Shown: in pieces, positions 55,786-64,000 of the stretch
How the letters are laid out: each line of letters opens with the position of its first letter
Position numbering within the stretch: position 1 is the first letter of the stretch
Source of the DNA: Minisyncoccota bacterium
GTDB lineage: Bacteria; Patescibacteriota; Minisyncoccia; Phycocordibacterales; VMEP01
Length of the DNA stretch: 64,000 bases
Reading direction: 5' to 3'
NCBI GenBank assembly: GCA_041661305.1
Contig: JBAZUR010000002.1
Span: 10,621-74,620 of the forward strand
Translations under genes and position numbers: made by a program
Notes under the pieces: model-generated
What the model saw: only the letters and a program-made list of their open reading frames with translations
Told to the model about the DNA's origin: nothing
Databases searched by the model: none

Positions 55786-55995
55786 TTATTTAGTAGATGG
55801 GTGAAGGAGATGTTTACCTGCTTTCATACAGCGGGTACATATTTTTTGGCGCTTCCCGTCAGTCATTTTTGCCCATTGCAAATTAACCTGGGCTCGTACT
55901 TTCCCGGTTGGGTTGAATTTTGTCGCGCGAATTCGGTTTGAATATCCGCCTACGACCAAACTTCCTCGCTCACAAATTGGACAAATTTTTGCCAT
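55786..55995 (-). CDS. rpmB: 50S ribosomal protein L28 (zinc-ribbon variant)
   Basis: 69 aa, MAKICPICERGS...SNRIRATKF...CTRCMKAGK. It has the L28-like layout with a CxxC...CxxC zinc ribbon. Confidence 0.55.
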   Translation of the reverse strand: MAKICPICERGSLVVGGYSNRIRATKFNPTGKVRAQVNLQWAKMTDGKRQKICTRCMKAGKHLLHPSTK

Positions 55996-56018
55996 AGATT
56001 TAGTCGCCGTATGCTATC

Positions 56019-56654
56019 ATGTGCTTCATATATATGCAAGAAATTGACTTCATTTTCACAATCGCGGCCTTAATTATGTCGGTCGTTGTTCACGAAGTTT
56101 CTCATGGGTATGTGGCAGACATTTTAGGTGATGGAACCGCTCGTTTTTCAGGCAGGTTAACTCTTAACCCCTTAAAACACCTTGACCCGATAGGCTCTTT
56201 TTTAATTCCAGTCCTTTCTTATTTTTCGGCTGGTTTTCTTTTTGGTTGGGCAAAACCAGTGCCATATAATCCATATAATTTAAAAAATCAAAGATGGGGT
56301 GAGTTGATGGTTGCGGGAGCTGGTCCACTTTCTAACTTTTTAATCGCAATTGTTTTCGGTTTGATTATTCGCTTTTCTTCAGAGCTCGGGATAAATAGTG
56401 TCGCTTTTCTTTCCCTCTCTGCTTCGATTGTCTTTCTTAATATAATTTTAGGAGTTTTCAATCTGGTTCCGATTCCACCACTTGATGGTTCAAAGGTTCT
56501 TTTCTCAATTTTGCCCGTGAAACTTGGATATATTCAAGAGAATCTAGAGCGTTATTGGCCAATTGCTCTTGTTGTTTTTGTTCTTTTCCTTTGGCAGTTT
56601 ATTGCCCCAGTAGCTCGTTTTTTGTTCAGTTTTATAGTCGGAGTCCCGTTTTAG
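56019..56654 (+). CDS. Site-2-protease-type metallopeptidase (peptidase M50)
   Basis: HEVSHGYVA, an HExxH motif inside a TM helix, plus several further TM helices. The probable start is MQEID at 56034. Confidence 0.7.
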   Translation: MCFIYMQEIDFIFTIAALIMSVVVHEVSHGYVADILGDGTARFSGRLTLNPLKHLDPIGSFLIPVLSYFSAGFLFGWAKPVPYNPYNLKNQRWGELMVAGAGPLSNFLIAIVFGLIIRFSSELGINSVAFLSLSASIVFLNIILGVFNLVPIPPLDGSKVLFSILPVKLGYIQENLERYWPIALVVFVLFLWQFIAPVARFLFSFIVGVPF

Positions 56655-56738
56655 TTAGTTTTTACTAACACAAGTTTGTTTTCGTTTGATAACTATTATA
56701 TAAAGAATATAGTTTTGAACTTCAAATAAATAAAGGAG

Positions 56739-57218
56739 GTGCTTATGAACCCCGTTGAGATTCCTCAACCAAGAACCGTTTTGTCGGTTGAGGAATTTTT
56801 AGCCTCTCTCGACAAGACAAATCCTACGTTTCAAATGGTAGAAAGGGCGCTGACATTTCCCAATAACAAAACAAGGTGTATTTACAAAAAAGACTCGCAG
56901 TTATGCGAGATGGTTATGGGAAGAAAGAGTGTTTCTCGCTTACCAATTGTAGACAAGCCACTGCAGGTTGTAATTGAGGCCGGCGATTTCCACGAAGTAA
57001 TAACCGGAGCTCTGTATTCATATCACTTCGTCTTGAATGGTGGAGACCCGAACGAGCGCAATAGTTTGATTTGGGGAGAACTTTATTGTCGCGCGGGGTA
57101 CGGATACTACTTCACAGGAGCATATGGTAATGATCACTCAGTAATCATCTCTGAGCATCACTATAAGCCGGATAGCTTCGACAAAGACTTGCTGATAAGG
57201 CTTGGCTTTGATTTTTAA
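56739..57218 (+). CDS. Hypothetical protein
   Basis: Strong ribosome-binding site AAAGGAGGTG. A clean terminator follows at 57217-57250. GC content is above that of neighbouring DNA. No recognisable motif. Confidence 0.4.
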   Translation: MLMNPVEIPQPRTVLSVEEFLASLDKTNPTFQMVERALTFPNNKTRCIYKKDSQLCEMVMGRKSVSRLPIVDKPLQVVIEAGDFHEVITGALYSYHFVLNGGDPNERNSLIWGELYCRAGYGYYFTGAYGNDHSVIISEHHYKPDSFDKDLLIRLGFDF

Positions 57219-57250
57219 ACCCCACCGCCGCAAGGTTCGGTGGGGTTTTT
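57217..57250 (+). terminator. Rho-independent terminator
   Basis: AAACCCCACCGCCGCAAGGTTCGGTGGGGTTTTT. Confidence 0.75.
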
Positions 57251-57318
57251 AGCTTTTTCTTGTATAAATAAACGATTTTACCCTTAAAAACACTGGTTTT
57301 TCTTTCAAATAAACCCCA

Positions 57319-57410
57319 ATATTCCCCTTTGAAATGCATTACGGAGCGTGGCGACGCGAGTATAGTAAATTTTCAGCAGAAAATTATACGCGCATTTCAA
57401 AGGGGAATAT
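57319..57410 (+). promoter_or_regulatory. Copy C of the conserved ~90-nt IR-bracketed element, upstream of rpsL
   Basis: A perfect 19-bp inverted repeat (ATATTCCCCTTTGAAATGC ... GCATTTCAAAGGGGAATAT) brackets CATTACG-17nt-GAGTATAGTAAATTTTCAGCAGAAAATTATACGCG. A possible upstream promoter TGTATAAAT lies near 57268. Confidence 0.5.
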
Positions 57411-57484
57411 AAAAAGACTTGCATTAAAACCCGTTGAATAGTAGTATTTCCCCACAAGCCTCATTGAGGCAGTTTAATTTTTTC

Positions 57485-57910
57485 ATGCCAACAATCAATC
57501 AGCTCGCAAAACGAGGACGAAAGAAAATCATCCGCAAACCAAAAGCGGTGGCTTTGCTCAAGGGTTTTAATGCTATTCAGAATCGTCCAATTTATTACAA
57601 CTCTCCATTTAAGAGAGGTGTTTGTACAAAAGTTACAACAACGACACCAAAGAAACCTAACTCCGCTCTCCGTAAAATCGCCCGTGTTCGTCTTACAAAT
57701 GGAATGGAAGTGACTGCATATATTCCTGGAATCAAACACAATCTTCAGGAACACGCCGTTGTTGTCCTTCGTGGTGGTCGTGTTAAGGACCTAACTGGAG
57801 TTCGATACCACATTGTTCGTGGTGTACTCGATACGACAGGTGTTGAAAACCGCAAGCAGAGTCGTAGTCTTTATGGAGCTAAAAAAGCTAAGGCTGGTGC
57901 AAAAAAATAA
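57485..57910 (+). CDS. rpsL: 30S ribosomal protein S12
   Basis: [14 protein letters not shown]...PNSALRK...VRGG is the S12 signature. It has a short Lys/Ala C-terminal tail. Confidence 0.95.
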   Translation: MPTINQLAKRGRKKIIRKPKAVALLKGFNAIQNRPIYYNSPFKRGVCTKVTTTTPKKPNSALRKIARVRLTNGMEVTAYIPGIKHNLQEHAVVVLRGGRVKDLTGVRYHIVRGVLDTTGVENRKQSRSLYGAKKAKAGAKK

Positions 57911-57913
57911 AAA

Positions 57914-58384
57914 ATGAGAAAAAAAGTTAAAAATCGAAATATCCCTGGACCAGACCTCCAATACAACTCTCCAAAAGTAGAGAAGTTTATAAACTATGTT
58001 ATGGGAAGCGGAAAGAAAAACACTGCTCGTAAGATTGTTTACGGAGCTTTTGATATTATTAAGGAAAAGACAAAGAACCCTAATCCGCTTGAGATTTTTG
58101 ATCTAGCTCTCAAGAACGCGAGCCCAGTGATGGAAGTTCGTTCGCGCCGAATCGGTGGGGCAAATTATCAGGTTCCTCGCGAAGTTAGACCAGAAAGACG
58201 CATGATGCTCGCATATCGATGGATGATTGATGCGGCGAAGTCAGGAAAAGGACGACCAATGCACGAAAAACTAGCCGACGAATTAATCGGAGCAAGTAAA
58301 AATGAAGGTGTCGCTATTAAGAAAAGAGACGATACCCACAAAATGGCGGAAGCAAACAAGGCATTTGCCCATTTTACCTGGTAA
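57914..58384 (+). CDS. rpsG: 30S ribosomal protein S7
   Basis: 156 aa; [35 protein letters not shown] matches S7. Confidence 0.95.
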   Translation: MRKKVKNRNIPGPDLQYNSPKVEKFINYVMGSGKKNTARKIVYGAFDIIKEKTKNPNPLEIFDLALKNASPVMEVRSRRIGGANYQVPREVRPERRMMLAYRWMIDAAKSGKGRPMHEKLADELIGASKNEGVAIKKRDDTHKMAEANKAFAHFTW

Positions 58385-58418
58385 TTTTAAAGCCCACGAA
58401 AGTGGGTTTTAAAATTAC
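58383..58418 (+). terminator. Rho-independent terminator at the rpsG stop
   Basis: TAATTTTAAAGCCCAC-GAAA-GTGGGTTTTAAAATTA, a perfect 16-bp stem. Confidence 0.7.
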
Positions 58419-58642
58419 AGTTGTAAAATGGAGCATCCAGCTCCAATTTTGCCAGTATATTTTTGTAACATATTAAATAAACAATAAAACATAACTGACA
58501 TTTTGCGAGGTGCGCGCGAATAGCGCTTACTTTTTTTGGCGAAGCGCCTCGCCAGCAATTCATTTTGCAAAATTGGGGCTGTGGCGCTCACTTCACTTGG
58601 TAGAAAAAGAAAACAAAAGACTCGCGAAAGCGAGTCTTTTGT

Positions 58643-58671
58643 TTGACATATTTCCTTAATTAATGTATTAT
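58643..58671 (+). promoter_or_regulatory. Consensus sigma70-type promoter for the small gene at 58716
   Basis: TTGACA-17 nt-TATTAT. It is preceded by hairpin 58615-58640 (AAAAGACTCGC-GAAA-GCGAGTCTTTT). Confidence 0.6.
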
Positions 58672-58715
58672 GCAAAAAGTTATTGTAGTCTAACCAAACA
58701 AACTGGAGACATACC

Positions 58716-58910
58716 ATGGGAAACAGAGCTTTGCTGAGGAATATTCCTCAAGAAATTCAAAAGCGTTACAACATCGGTCCGGAGGTTGAGGTGGTCGTGA
58801 GTGGTGAAAGCATGGGAGGTAATTTTTCATTTCAAAACCTCAGCGGTCAGCATGTTGGTATTGACGCTGTGGAGTTGTGTGGCACGGAAATCACGATTCA
58901 GTTCTTGTAG
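58716..58910 (+). CDS. Small hypothetical protein (64 aa) inserted between rpsG and fusA
   Basis: Own promoter, ribosome-binding site GGAGA, and own terminator (58937-58957, CACCCCGCA-AAT-TGCGGGGTG). Confidence 0.4.
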   Translation: MGNRALLRNIPQEIQKRYNIGPEVEVVVSGESMGGNFSFQNLSGQHVGIDAVELCGTEITIQFL

Positions 58911-59041
58911 TTCACGTGCCAAGACACACACTTAAACACCCCGCAAATTGCGGGGTGAGTTGTTTTGTTTGACATTAAATCCTAATTATGAAAGTTTAAG
59001 TGATAGTTGTTAGCTAACTCATTAACAGAAAAGGGGGTAGC

Positions 59042-59461
59042 ATGTTTTATTTTTTGCGTTCTTTGTGGCGGTCGTTTAAGTTTGGACACCTGATTCCTTT
59101 GTGGAACTCATTTCGCGTGCTTACTTCCAATGACCCCTGGGCTGGAAGTTGTGGTTACCGCGAAGCCAATCTTCGGTGGTACCTCGACATCATCGCGAGG
59201 GGTATGTCTGAGCGAGGGGCCATTGTGAAAACACGTTTCAATCCCGAGAAAAAAGTTGCAGAATTTTTCCTCGTCTCTACGGGGGAAGTAATTGCTCGAG
59301 TTCTTCTGCGAAACGACTACAGGGGCTTTGAATATCTTTTTCTTTATGTCGACCTTTCGGAAAAGCCCATTTTTTTAGCTAAACAAGAAAGGCCTGAAAT
59401 ACTGATTAAGCGAGGTTTGCCAACGTTCAGGATTAACCTCATGGATCTTAAATATTTCTAG
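59042..59461 (+). CDS. Hypothetical protein (139 aa) inserted between rpsG and fusA
   Basis: Strong ribosome-binding site AAAGGGGGT. A terminator follows at 59495-59526 (CAAGCACGC-TTCG-GCGTGCTTG plus a T-run). Confidence 0.45.
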   Translation: MFYFLRSLWRSFKFGHLIPLWNSFRVLTSNDPWAGSCGYREANLRWYLDIIARGMSERGAIVKTRFNPEKKVAEFFLVSTGEVIARVLLRNDYRGFEYLFLYVDLSEKPIFLAKQERPEILIKRGLPTFRINLMDLKYF

Positions 59462-59621
59462 CCTGCCTTGGCGACTAGAAATGAATAAAAACTACAAGCA
59501 CGCTTCGGCGTGCTTGCTTTGTTTTTGGGTTGTTAATTTAATCAAAATATGTAAATATGGCGGTTAATGCCGTCAAGGCCTTTTATTTTTTGTGCTTAAT
59601 TTAATCATTTAATTAATTTTT

Positions 59622-61781
59622 ATGAATCGCGACTACCCATTAGAAAAAACAAGAAACTTCGGAATTATTGCTCACATTGATGCTGGTAAAACAACCACGA
59701 CTGAACGCGTGCTTTACTACACTGGAAAATCACACAAGATTGGTGAAGTTCACGAAGGGGATACCGTTATGGATTGGATGGAACAGGAGCGTGAGCGCGG
59801 TATCACAATCACTTCTGCTGCCACAACTTGTTTTTGGGTTCCTACCTACGAAGGTGGAGATAAAGCGAAAGGATTCCGTTTTAATATTATTGATACCCCA
59901 GGACACATCGACTTCACTGTTGAGGTGAAGCGTAGTTTGCGTGTTCTTGACGGTGCTGTTGTTGTTTTTGACGGTGTTGCTGGGGTTGAGCCACAATCAG
60001 AAACAAACTGGCGCTATGCCGACGAAGGACGTGTGCCACGTGTTTGTTTTATCAACAAACTAGACCGTACCGGTGCATCTTTTGAAAAATCGTACCAGTC
60101 AATTTTGGACAGACTAAGCAAGAATGCAGTTCGCGTTCAGATTCCTATTGGTGAAGAAGATAAACACGAAGGCGTTGTTGATTTGCTTAAGATGAAGGCT
60201 TATCACTTTGAGGGGAATATGGGAGATGATGTTATTGAGAGTGAAATTCCAGAAAACCTTAAGGCTGATGCTGCAAAATACCGAAATGAACTCGTTGAAA
60301 AAATTGTTGAGAATGATGAAAAATTCTTAAGTGAATATCTCGAAGGAAAAGAAATCTCCATTGAGGATTTAAAAAAGATAATGCGTAAGGCTGTTATCGA
60401 AAACAAGATTTTCCCTGTTTATTGTGGTTCTGCTTTGAAAAACAAAGGAGTTCAGCTTGTGTTGGACGGTGTTGTTGAATACTTACCAGCTCCAACAGAT
60501 ATTCTTCCAGCAAAAGGTACTGACCCAAGAACAGGAGCAGAGATTACACGCCCCGCTTCAGACGAAGAGCCATTTTCAGCTCTTGCTTTCAAGCTTCAGA
60601 CTGACCCATTCGTTGGTCAGCTTACTTTCTTCCGTGTTTACTCTGGAACAGTTGAGGCTGGTTCATATTTGTATAACTCAACGACAGGCGAAAAAGAGCG
60701 TCTCGGCCGAATTCTTAGAATGCACGCCAATCAACGCGAAGAAGTGAAAAAAGTTTTTGCTGGAGAAATTGCGGCAGCCGTTGGTCTGAAAACAACAAGA
60801 ACATCAGACACTCTTTGTGATGAAGCGAACCCTATTCTTTTGGAGCGTATTGTTTTTGCTGAACCAGTTATTTCTCTTCGCATCGAGCCAAAAACAAAAG
60901 CAGACCAAGAAAAAATGGGTATGGCTTTGCGCAAACTCGCTGATGAGGACCCAACCTTCAAAGTTTCATCTGATACAGAAACAGGAGAGACAATCATTTC
61001 TGGTATGGGTGAATTACACCTTGAAATTATTGTTGATCGTATGAAGCGTGAGTTTTCTGTTGAGGCAAATGTTGGTAAACCACAAGTTGCTTACAAAGAA
61101 ACAATCACCAAAGAAGCAGAAGTTGATAATAAATACATTCGTCAGACTGGTGGTCGTGGACAGTACGGTCATGTGAAAATTAAAATCAAACCTCTTTCAA
61201 AAGAAATTCCTGAAAACATACCAAGAAACACAAAGCGTGAAAAAGGATTTGAATTTATCAACAATATCAAGGGAGGTGTTATTCCGCTTGAATATATTCC
61301 AGCCGTTGAAAAAGGTTTGCGTGAAGGTATGGATAGAGGAGTACTCGCAGGTTTCAAATTAGTGGATATTTCTGTCGATCTTTATGACGGTTCGTTCCAC
61401 GAAGTGGACTCGTCTGAAATTGCTTTCAAGATTGCAGCCTCACAGGCCTTACAGGAAGCAGCACGTAGAGCAGGCGCAGTTATTCTCGAGCCAATTATGA
61501 AGGTTGAAGTTGTTACTCCTGAAAAATTCATGGGTGATATAACTGGAAATCTTTCTTCAAAGCGTGCACAGATTGAAGGTATGTCAGACCGTGGAATGCT
61601 TAAGGTTGTTTCAGCAAAAGTTCCACTATCTGAAATGTTCGGCTACATGACGTCACTTCGCTCTCTTACCGAAGGACGTGCAGGGTTTACAATGGAATTC
61701 GATCATTACGACATTGTTCCTGCAAACATTGCAAAAACTATTATCGAAAGTAGAACTACCGGCTCTACAGAAGCCAAGTAA
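59622..61781 (+). CDS. fusA: Elongation factor G
   Basis: [21 protein letters not shown] and the full five-domain length of 719 aa. Confidence 0.95.
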   Translation: MNRDYPLEKTRNFGIIAHIDAGKTTTTERVLYYTGKSHKIGEVHEGDTVMDWMEQERERGITITSAATTCFWVPTYEGGDKAKGFRFNIIDTPGHIDFTVEVKRSLRVLDGAVVVFDGVAGVEPQSETNWRYADEGRVPRVCFINKLDRTGASFEKSYQSILDRLSKNAVRVQIPIGEEDKHEGVVDLLKMKAYHFEGNMGDDVIESEIPENLKADAAKYRNELVEKIVENDEKFLSEYLEGKEISIEDLKKIMRKAVIENKIFPVYCGSALKNKGVQLVLDGVVEYLPAPTDILPAKGTDPRTGAEITRPASDEEPFSALAFKLQTDPFVGQLTFFRVYSGTVEAGSYLYNSTTGEKERLGRILRMHANQREEVKKVFAGEIAAAVGLKTTRTSDTLCDEANPILLERIVFAEPVISLRIEPKTKADQEKMGMALRKLADEDPTFKVSSDTETGETIISGMGELHLEIIVDRMKREFSVEANVGKPQVAYKETITKEAEVDNKYIRQTGGRGQYGHVKIKIKPLSKEIPENIPRNTKREKGFEFINNIKGGVIPLEYIPAVEKGLREGMDRGVLAGFKLVDISVDLYDGSFHEVDSSEIAFKIAASQALQEAARRAGAVILEPIMKVEVVTPEKFMGDITGNLSSKRAQIEGMSDRGMLKVVSAKVPLSEMFGYMTSLRSLTEGRAGFTMEFDHYDIVPANIAKTIIESRTTGSTEAK

Positions 61782-61808
61782 TTAAAAGGTTTAATTTGGT
61801 AAAAATAT

Positions 61809-61838
61809 AAAAAGCGGACCACAAGGGTCCGTTTTTTG
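61809..61838. terminator. Bidirectional terminator after fusA and the convergent 92-aa gene
   Basis: AAAAAGCGGACCACAAGGGTCCGTTTTTTG. Confidence 0.65.
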
Positions 61839-61876
61839 TTTTGGTTTCTCGGAGAGAGATGTGCTTGCTGATGCAA

Positions 61877-62155
61877 TCAGCTTTCCTTTGCTACTTCGTG
61901 GCCGTAGACCTTTCCCATGAAAATGTAGTCACAACCATCAGCAATCAGCGCGTTCTCGAAGATGCTTGTGGGCTTGTCTGCACAAAGTTTGTTCACTAGG
62001 CCCCATACTTCCTGCGACACCTCAGAGGTGTCTTTGTTTTTCGGGAAGCGTAGCTTTATTTCTCCGGCAAATGCCAGTGAGGGGTCAGCCTCTGGTGCTG
62101 GGCAAGTGAAGCTGGGGATTACCTCCCCTGTGTCTGCGTTGAAGATTACAATCAT
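61877..62155 (-). CDS. Hypothetical 92-aa protein, GC-rich, antisense insert between fusA and tuf
   Basis: Ribosome-binding site AAGGAGAG 7 nt upstream. Visibly higher GC than its surroundings. No recognisable motif. Confidence 0.4.
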   Translation of the reverse strand: MIVIFNADTGEVIPSFTCPAPEADPSLAFAGEIKLRFPKNKDTSEVSQEVWGLVNKLCADKPTSIFENALIADGCDYIFMGKVYGHEVAKES

Positions 62156-62277
62156 CGCTTAACTCTCCTTAGCTTAGTTTAACGGTACTCTGCTCTGGAT
62201 TATTCATATTTCGTAGCTACTTGTCAAATTTTTCTATATTTTTGTTTAAAATTAAGCCCCATTCGTTTTGTTTTAAT

Positions 62278-62305
62278 TTGACACACCTTCTTAATTTGTT
62301 ATTAT
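62278..62305 (+). promoter_or_regulatory. Consensus sigma70-type promoter for tuf, followed by a leader hairpin-plus-T-run (62314-62335)
   Basis: TTGACA-16 nt-TATTAT, then ACGCA-AATG-TGCGT followed by TGTTTTTC, ~100 nt before the tuf ATG. Confidence 0.55.
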
Positions 62306-62433
62306 TGCCCCATACGCAAATGTGCGTTGTTTTTCTTTGCTTCCAAAAGGAGATTATTAAATAATTTGCTGGGAACAAGTATTTGGCAAAGCTCTCGCGC
62401 GTCGAATTTTTGTTCTCACATAATAAATAACGT

Positions 62434-63624
62434 ATGGCAGAAGAATTTAAGCGTGATAAGCCTCACGTAAATGTTGGTACCATTGGTCACGTTGATCACG
62501 GCAAAACAACTCTTACAGCGGCTATCCTACACGTCCTCAACCTTGCCGGTAAAAAGGTTAAAATGAAGTCGGTCGACCAAATTGACTCGGCGCCTGAAGA
62601 AAAGGCCCGTGGTATTACTATTGCCCTTTCGCACAACGAGTATGAGTCTGACACACGTCACTATGCTCACATTGATGCTCCAGGACACGCTGACTACATC
62701 AAGAACATGATTACTGGTGCTGCTCAGATGGACGGTGCAATCCTCGTGGTTGCAGCGACAGACGGTGCAATGCCACAAACTCGTGAACACGTTCTCTTGG
62801 CTCACCAGGTTGGTGTTCCTAAGATGGTTGTTTTCCTTAACAAGTGCGATATGGTTGAAGACAAAGACCTTATCGACCTAGTTGAAGAAGAACTTCGTGA
62901 ATTACTTGAGAAGAACGGATACGACAAAAATGCTCCAATCATCCGTGGTTCAGGCCTTAAGGGTCTTGAAGCTACATCAGCTGATGATGAATGGGCAAAG
63001 AAGATTCTTGAGCTTATTACAGCTCTTGATGAATACGTTCCAGTTCCAGAGCGTGATGTTACAAAACCTTTCCTTATGCCAGTTGAAGACATTTTCTCAA
63101 TCGAAGGACGCGGTACTGTTGTTACAGGCCGTATCGAAAGAGGTGTTGTTAAGGTTGGTGAGGAAATCGAAATTGTTGGATTGAAAGATACAGTGAAGAC
63201 AACAGTTACTGGAATTGAAATGTTCAACAAGACATTGAATGAAGGTATGGCTGGAGACAACGCTGGAATCCTTGTTCGTGGAATCAAGAAGGAAGACATT
63301 ACTCGTGGTCAGGTTTTGGCCAAGACCGGTTCTGTTACTCCACACACTGACTTTGAAGCAGAAGTTTACATTTTGAAGAAGGAAGAAGGAGGTCGTCACA
63401 CACCATTCTTCTCAGGTTACAAGCCTCAGTTTTACATCCGTACAACGGACGTGACTGGAGACGTGACTCTTCCAGAAGGTGTTGAAATGGTTATGCCTGG
63501 AGACACAATGAAGTTCAAAGTGAAGCTCGTTGCTCCAGTTGCCCTTGAAGAAAAACAGCGTTTTGCTATCCGTGAAGGAGGTAAGACAGTTGGTGCAGGC
63601 GCCGTAACAAAGATTACCGCATAA
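62434..63624 (+). CDS. tuf: Elongation factor Tu
   Basis: [21 protein letters not shown] and NKCD motifs in 396 aa. Confidence 0.97.
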   Translation: MAEEFKRDKPHVNVGTIGHVDHGKTTLTAAILHVLNLAGKKVKMKSVDQIDSAPEEKARGITIALSHNEYESDTRHYAHIDAPGHADYIKNMITGAAQMDGAILVVAATDGAMPQTREHVLLAHQVGVPKMVVFLNKCDMVEDKDLIDLVEEELRELLEKNGYDKNAPIIRGSGLKGLEATSADDEWAKKILELITALDEYVPVPERDVTKPFLMPVEDIFSIEGRGTVVTGRIERGVVKVGEEIEIVGLKDTVKTTVTGIEMFNKTLNEGMAGDNAGILVRGIKKEDITRGQVLAKTGSVTPHTDFEAEVYILKKEEGGRHTPFFSGYKPQFYIRTTDVTGDVTLPEGVEMVMPGDTMKFKVKLVAPVALEEKQRFAIREGGKTVGAGAVTKITA

Positions 63625-63720
63625 ACTAGCTATTAGCTTCTAGCTTCTAGCTTTTAGGAAAAAAGAAAAATTCTAAATTACTAATGAAGCTAACAAGCTG
63701 AAAACTAAAAAGCTAAAAAC

Positions 63721-64000
63721 AATGGCTCAAACAGAAGAAAAAATTAAAGTAAAAAAGGTTGCATCAAAGGCTGCTCCAAAAGCACCTCGTGCTTCTAAAG
63801 CTTCGGCTAAGGAAGATGTTGTCGCCAAACTCCGCATAAGAGTGCGAGCGTATGAGAGCAAGATTCTCGACGCTTCGGTAAAACAAATTATCGATACAGC
63901 ACTCCGTTATGATGCGAAGCTCGTTGGACCAATTCCACTTCCTACCGAAATAAAGAAGTACACAGTCAATCGTTCATCATTCGTCTACAAAAATGCGCGA
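63721..64000 (+). CDS. rpsJ: 30S ribosomal protein S10, 3' end outside the window, with a ~35-aa Lys/Ala-rich N-terminal extension
   Basis: KLRIRVRAYESKILDASVKQIIDTALRYDAKLVGPIPLPT matches the S10 core. The ORF is truncated by the window end. Confidence 0.85.

Noticed and set aside
57319-57410. Interpreting copy C as an invertible promoter switch (inverton) or MITE because of its perfect 19-bp flanking inverted repeats
   Set aside because: The segment between the repeats is only ~54 bp, too short for typical invertase substrates. The inverted repeats of copies A and B have different sequences that co-vary arm to arm. That fits a structural stem, and does not fit a shared recombinase site or transposon terminal inverted repeats.
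58415-58717. 100-aa minus-strand ORF in the rpsG-fusA spacer
   Set aside because: It spans a strong hairpin terminator (58615-58640) and the consensus promoter of the plus-strand 64-aa gene. It has no ribosome-binding site and is probably spurious.
63636-63656. Tandem heptamer TAGCTTC x3 after tuf
   Set aside because: Three short copies in an intergenic spacer. It is too small to call a repeat element or regulatory array.
1-64000. Looked for CRISPR arrays, rRNA genes, IS elements or transposases, and phage structural genes
   Set aside because: No regularly spaced direct repeats, no rRNA-like conserved stretches, and no transposase or phage capsid/terminase-like ORFs were seen. The only recombinase is the XerC/D-type gene at 25587-26513, which may simply be the chromosomal dimer resolvase.

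Overview
This is an AT-rich, gene-dense stretch of bacterial chromosome. The gene content looks like a reduced-genome, Gram-positive-envelope organism of the CPR/Patescibacteria type, though that attribution is inference only. Reading left to right there are six blocks. (1) 1-964: the 3' end of yidC, then jag. (2) 971-14156: a long minus-strand cluster encoding a Gram-positive-type minimal type IV secretion-like apparatus with many secreted or membrane proteins. Its components are a VirB4 split into two ORFs, a PrgI/VirB3-like protein, a TcpH/VirB6-like protein, and a pilin-like protein fused to a zinc-peptidase-like domain. (3) 14.3-29.2 kb: housekeeping genes, namely rsmA, pcrA/uvrD, a LysM-M23 peptidase, comM, a dksA-like gene, pnp, rpsO, xerC/D, xth and cca. 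(4) 29.2-32.4 kb: four tRNA genes, tRNA-Arg(TCG), tRNA-Gly(GCC), tRNA-Pro(TGG) and tRNA-Gly(TCC). Three of them are followed by an unusual conserved module that is bracketed by an antisense and a sense copy of that tRNA's own 3' end. yraN and an S1 protease gene sit among the tRNAs. (5) 32.4-55 kb: hup, rny, clpP, rsmE, tig, ppa, nusA, a type IV pilus cluster (pilB, pilC and three prepilins), tpiA, pgk, a HIT-family gene, recJ, rnhA and a ComEC split into two ORFs. (6) 55-64 kb: rpmB, an M50 protease, and the str operon rpsL-rpsG-fusA-tuf-rpsJ, interrupted by small inserted genes that have consensus promoters. The most unusual non-coding signal is a ~90-nt element found in three copies, upstream of rpsL, of the VirB3-like gene and of a secreted-protein gene. 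Its sequence core is conserved while three stems co-vary between copies. The second most unusual signal is the set of tRNA-trailer modules. There is no CRISPR array, no rRNA gene, and no relaxase or coupling-protein gene in the window.
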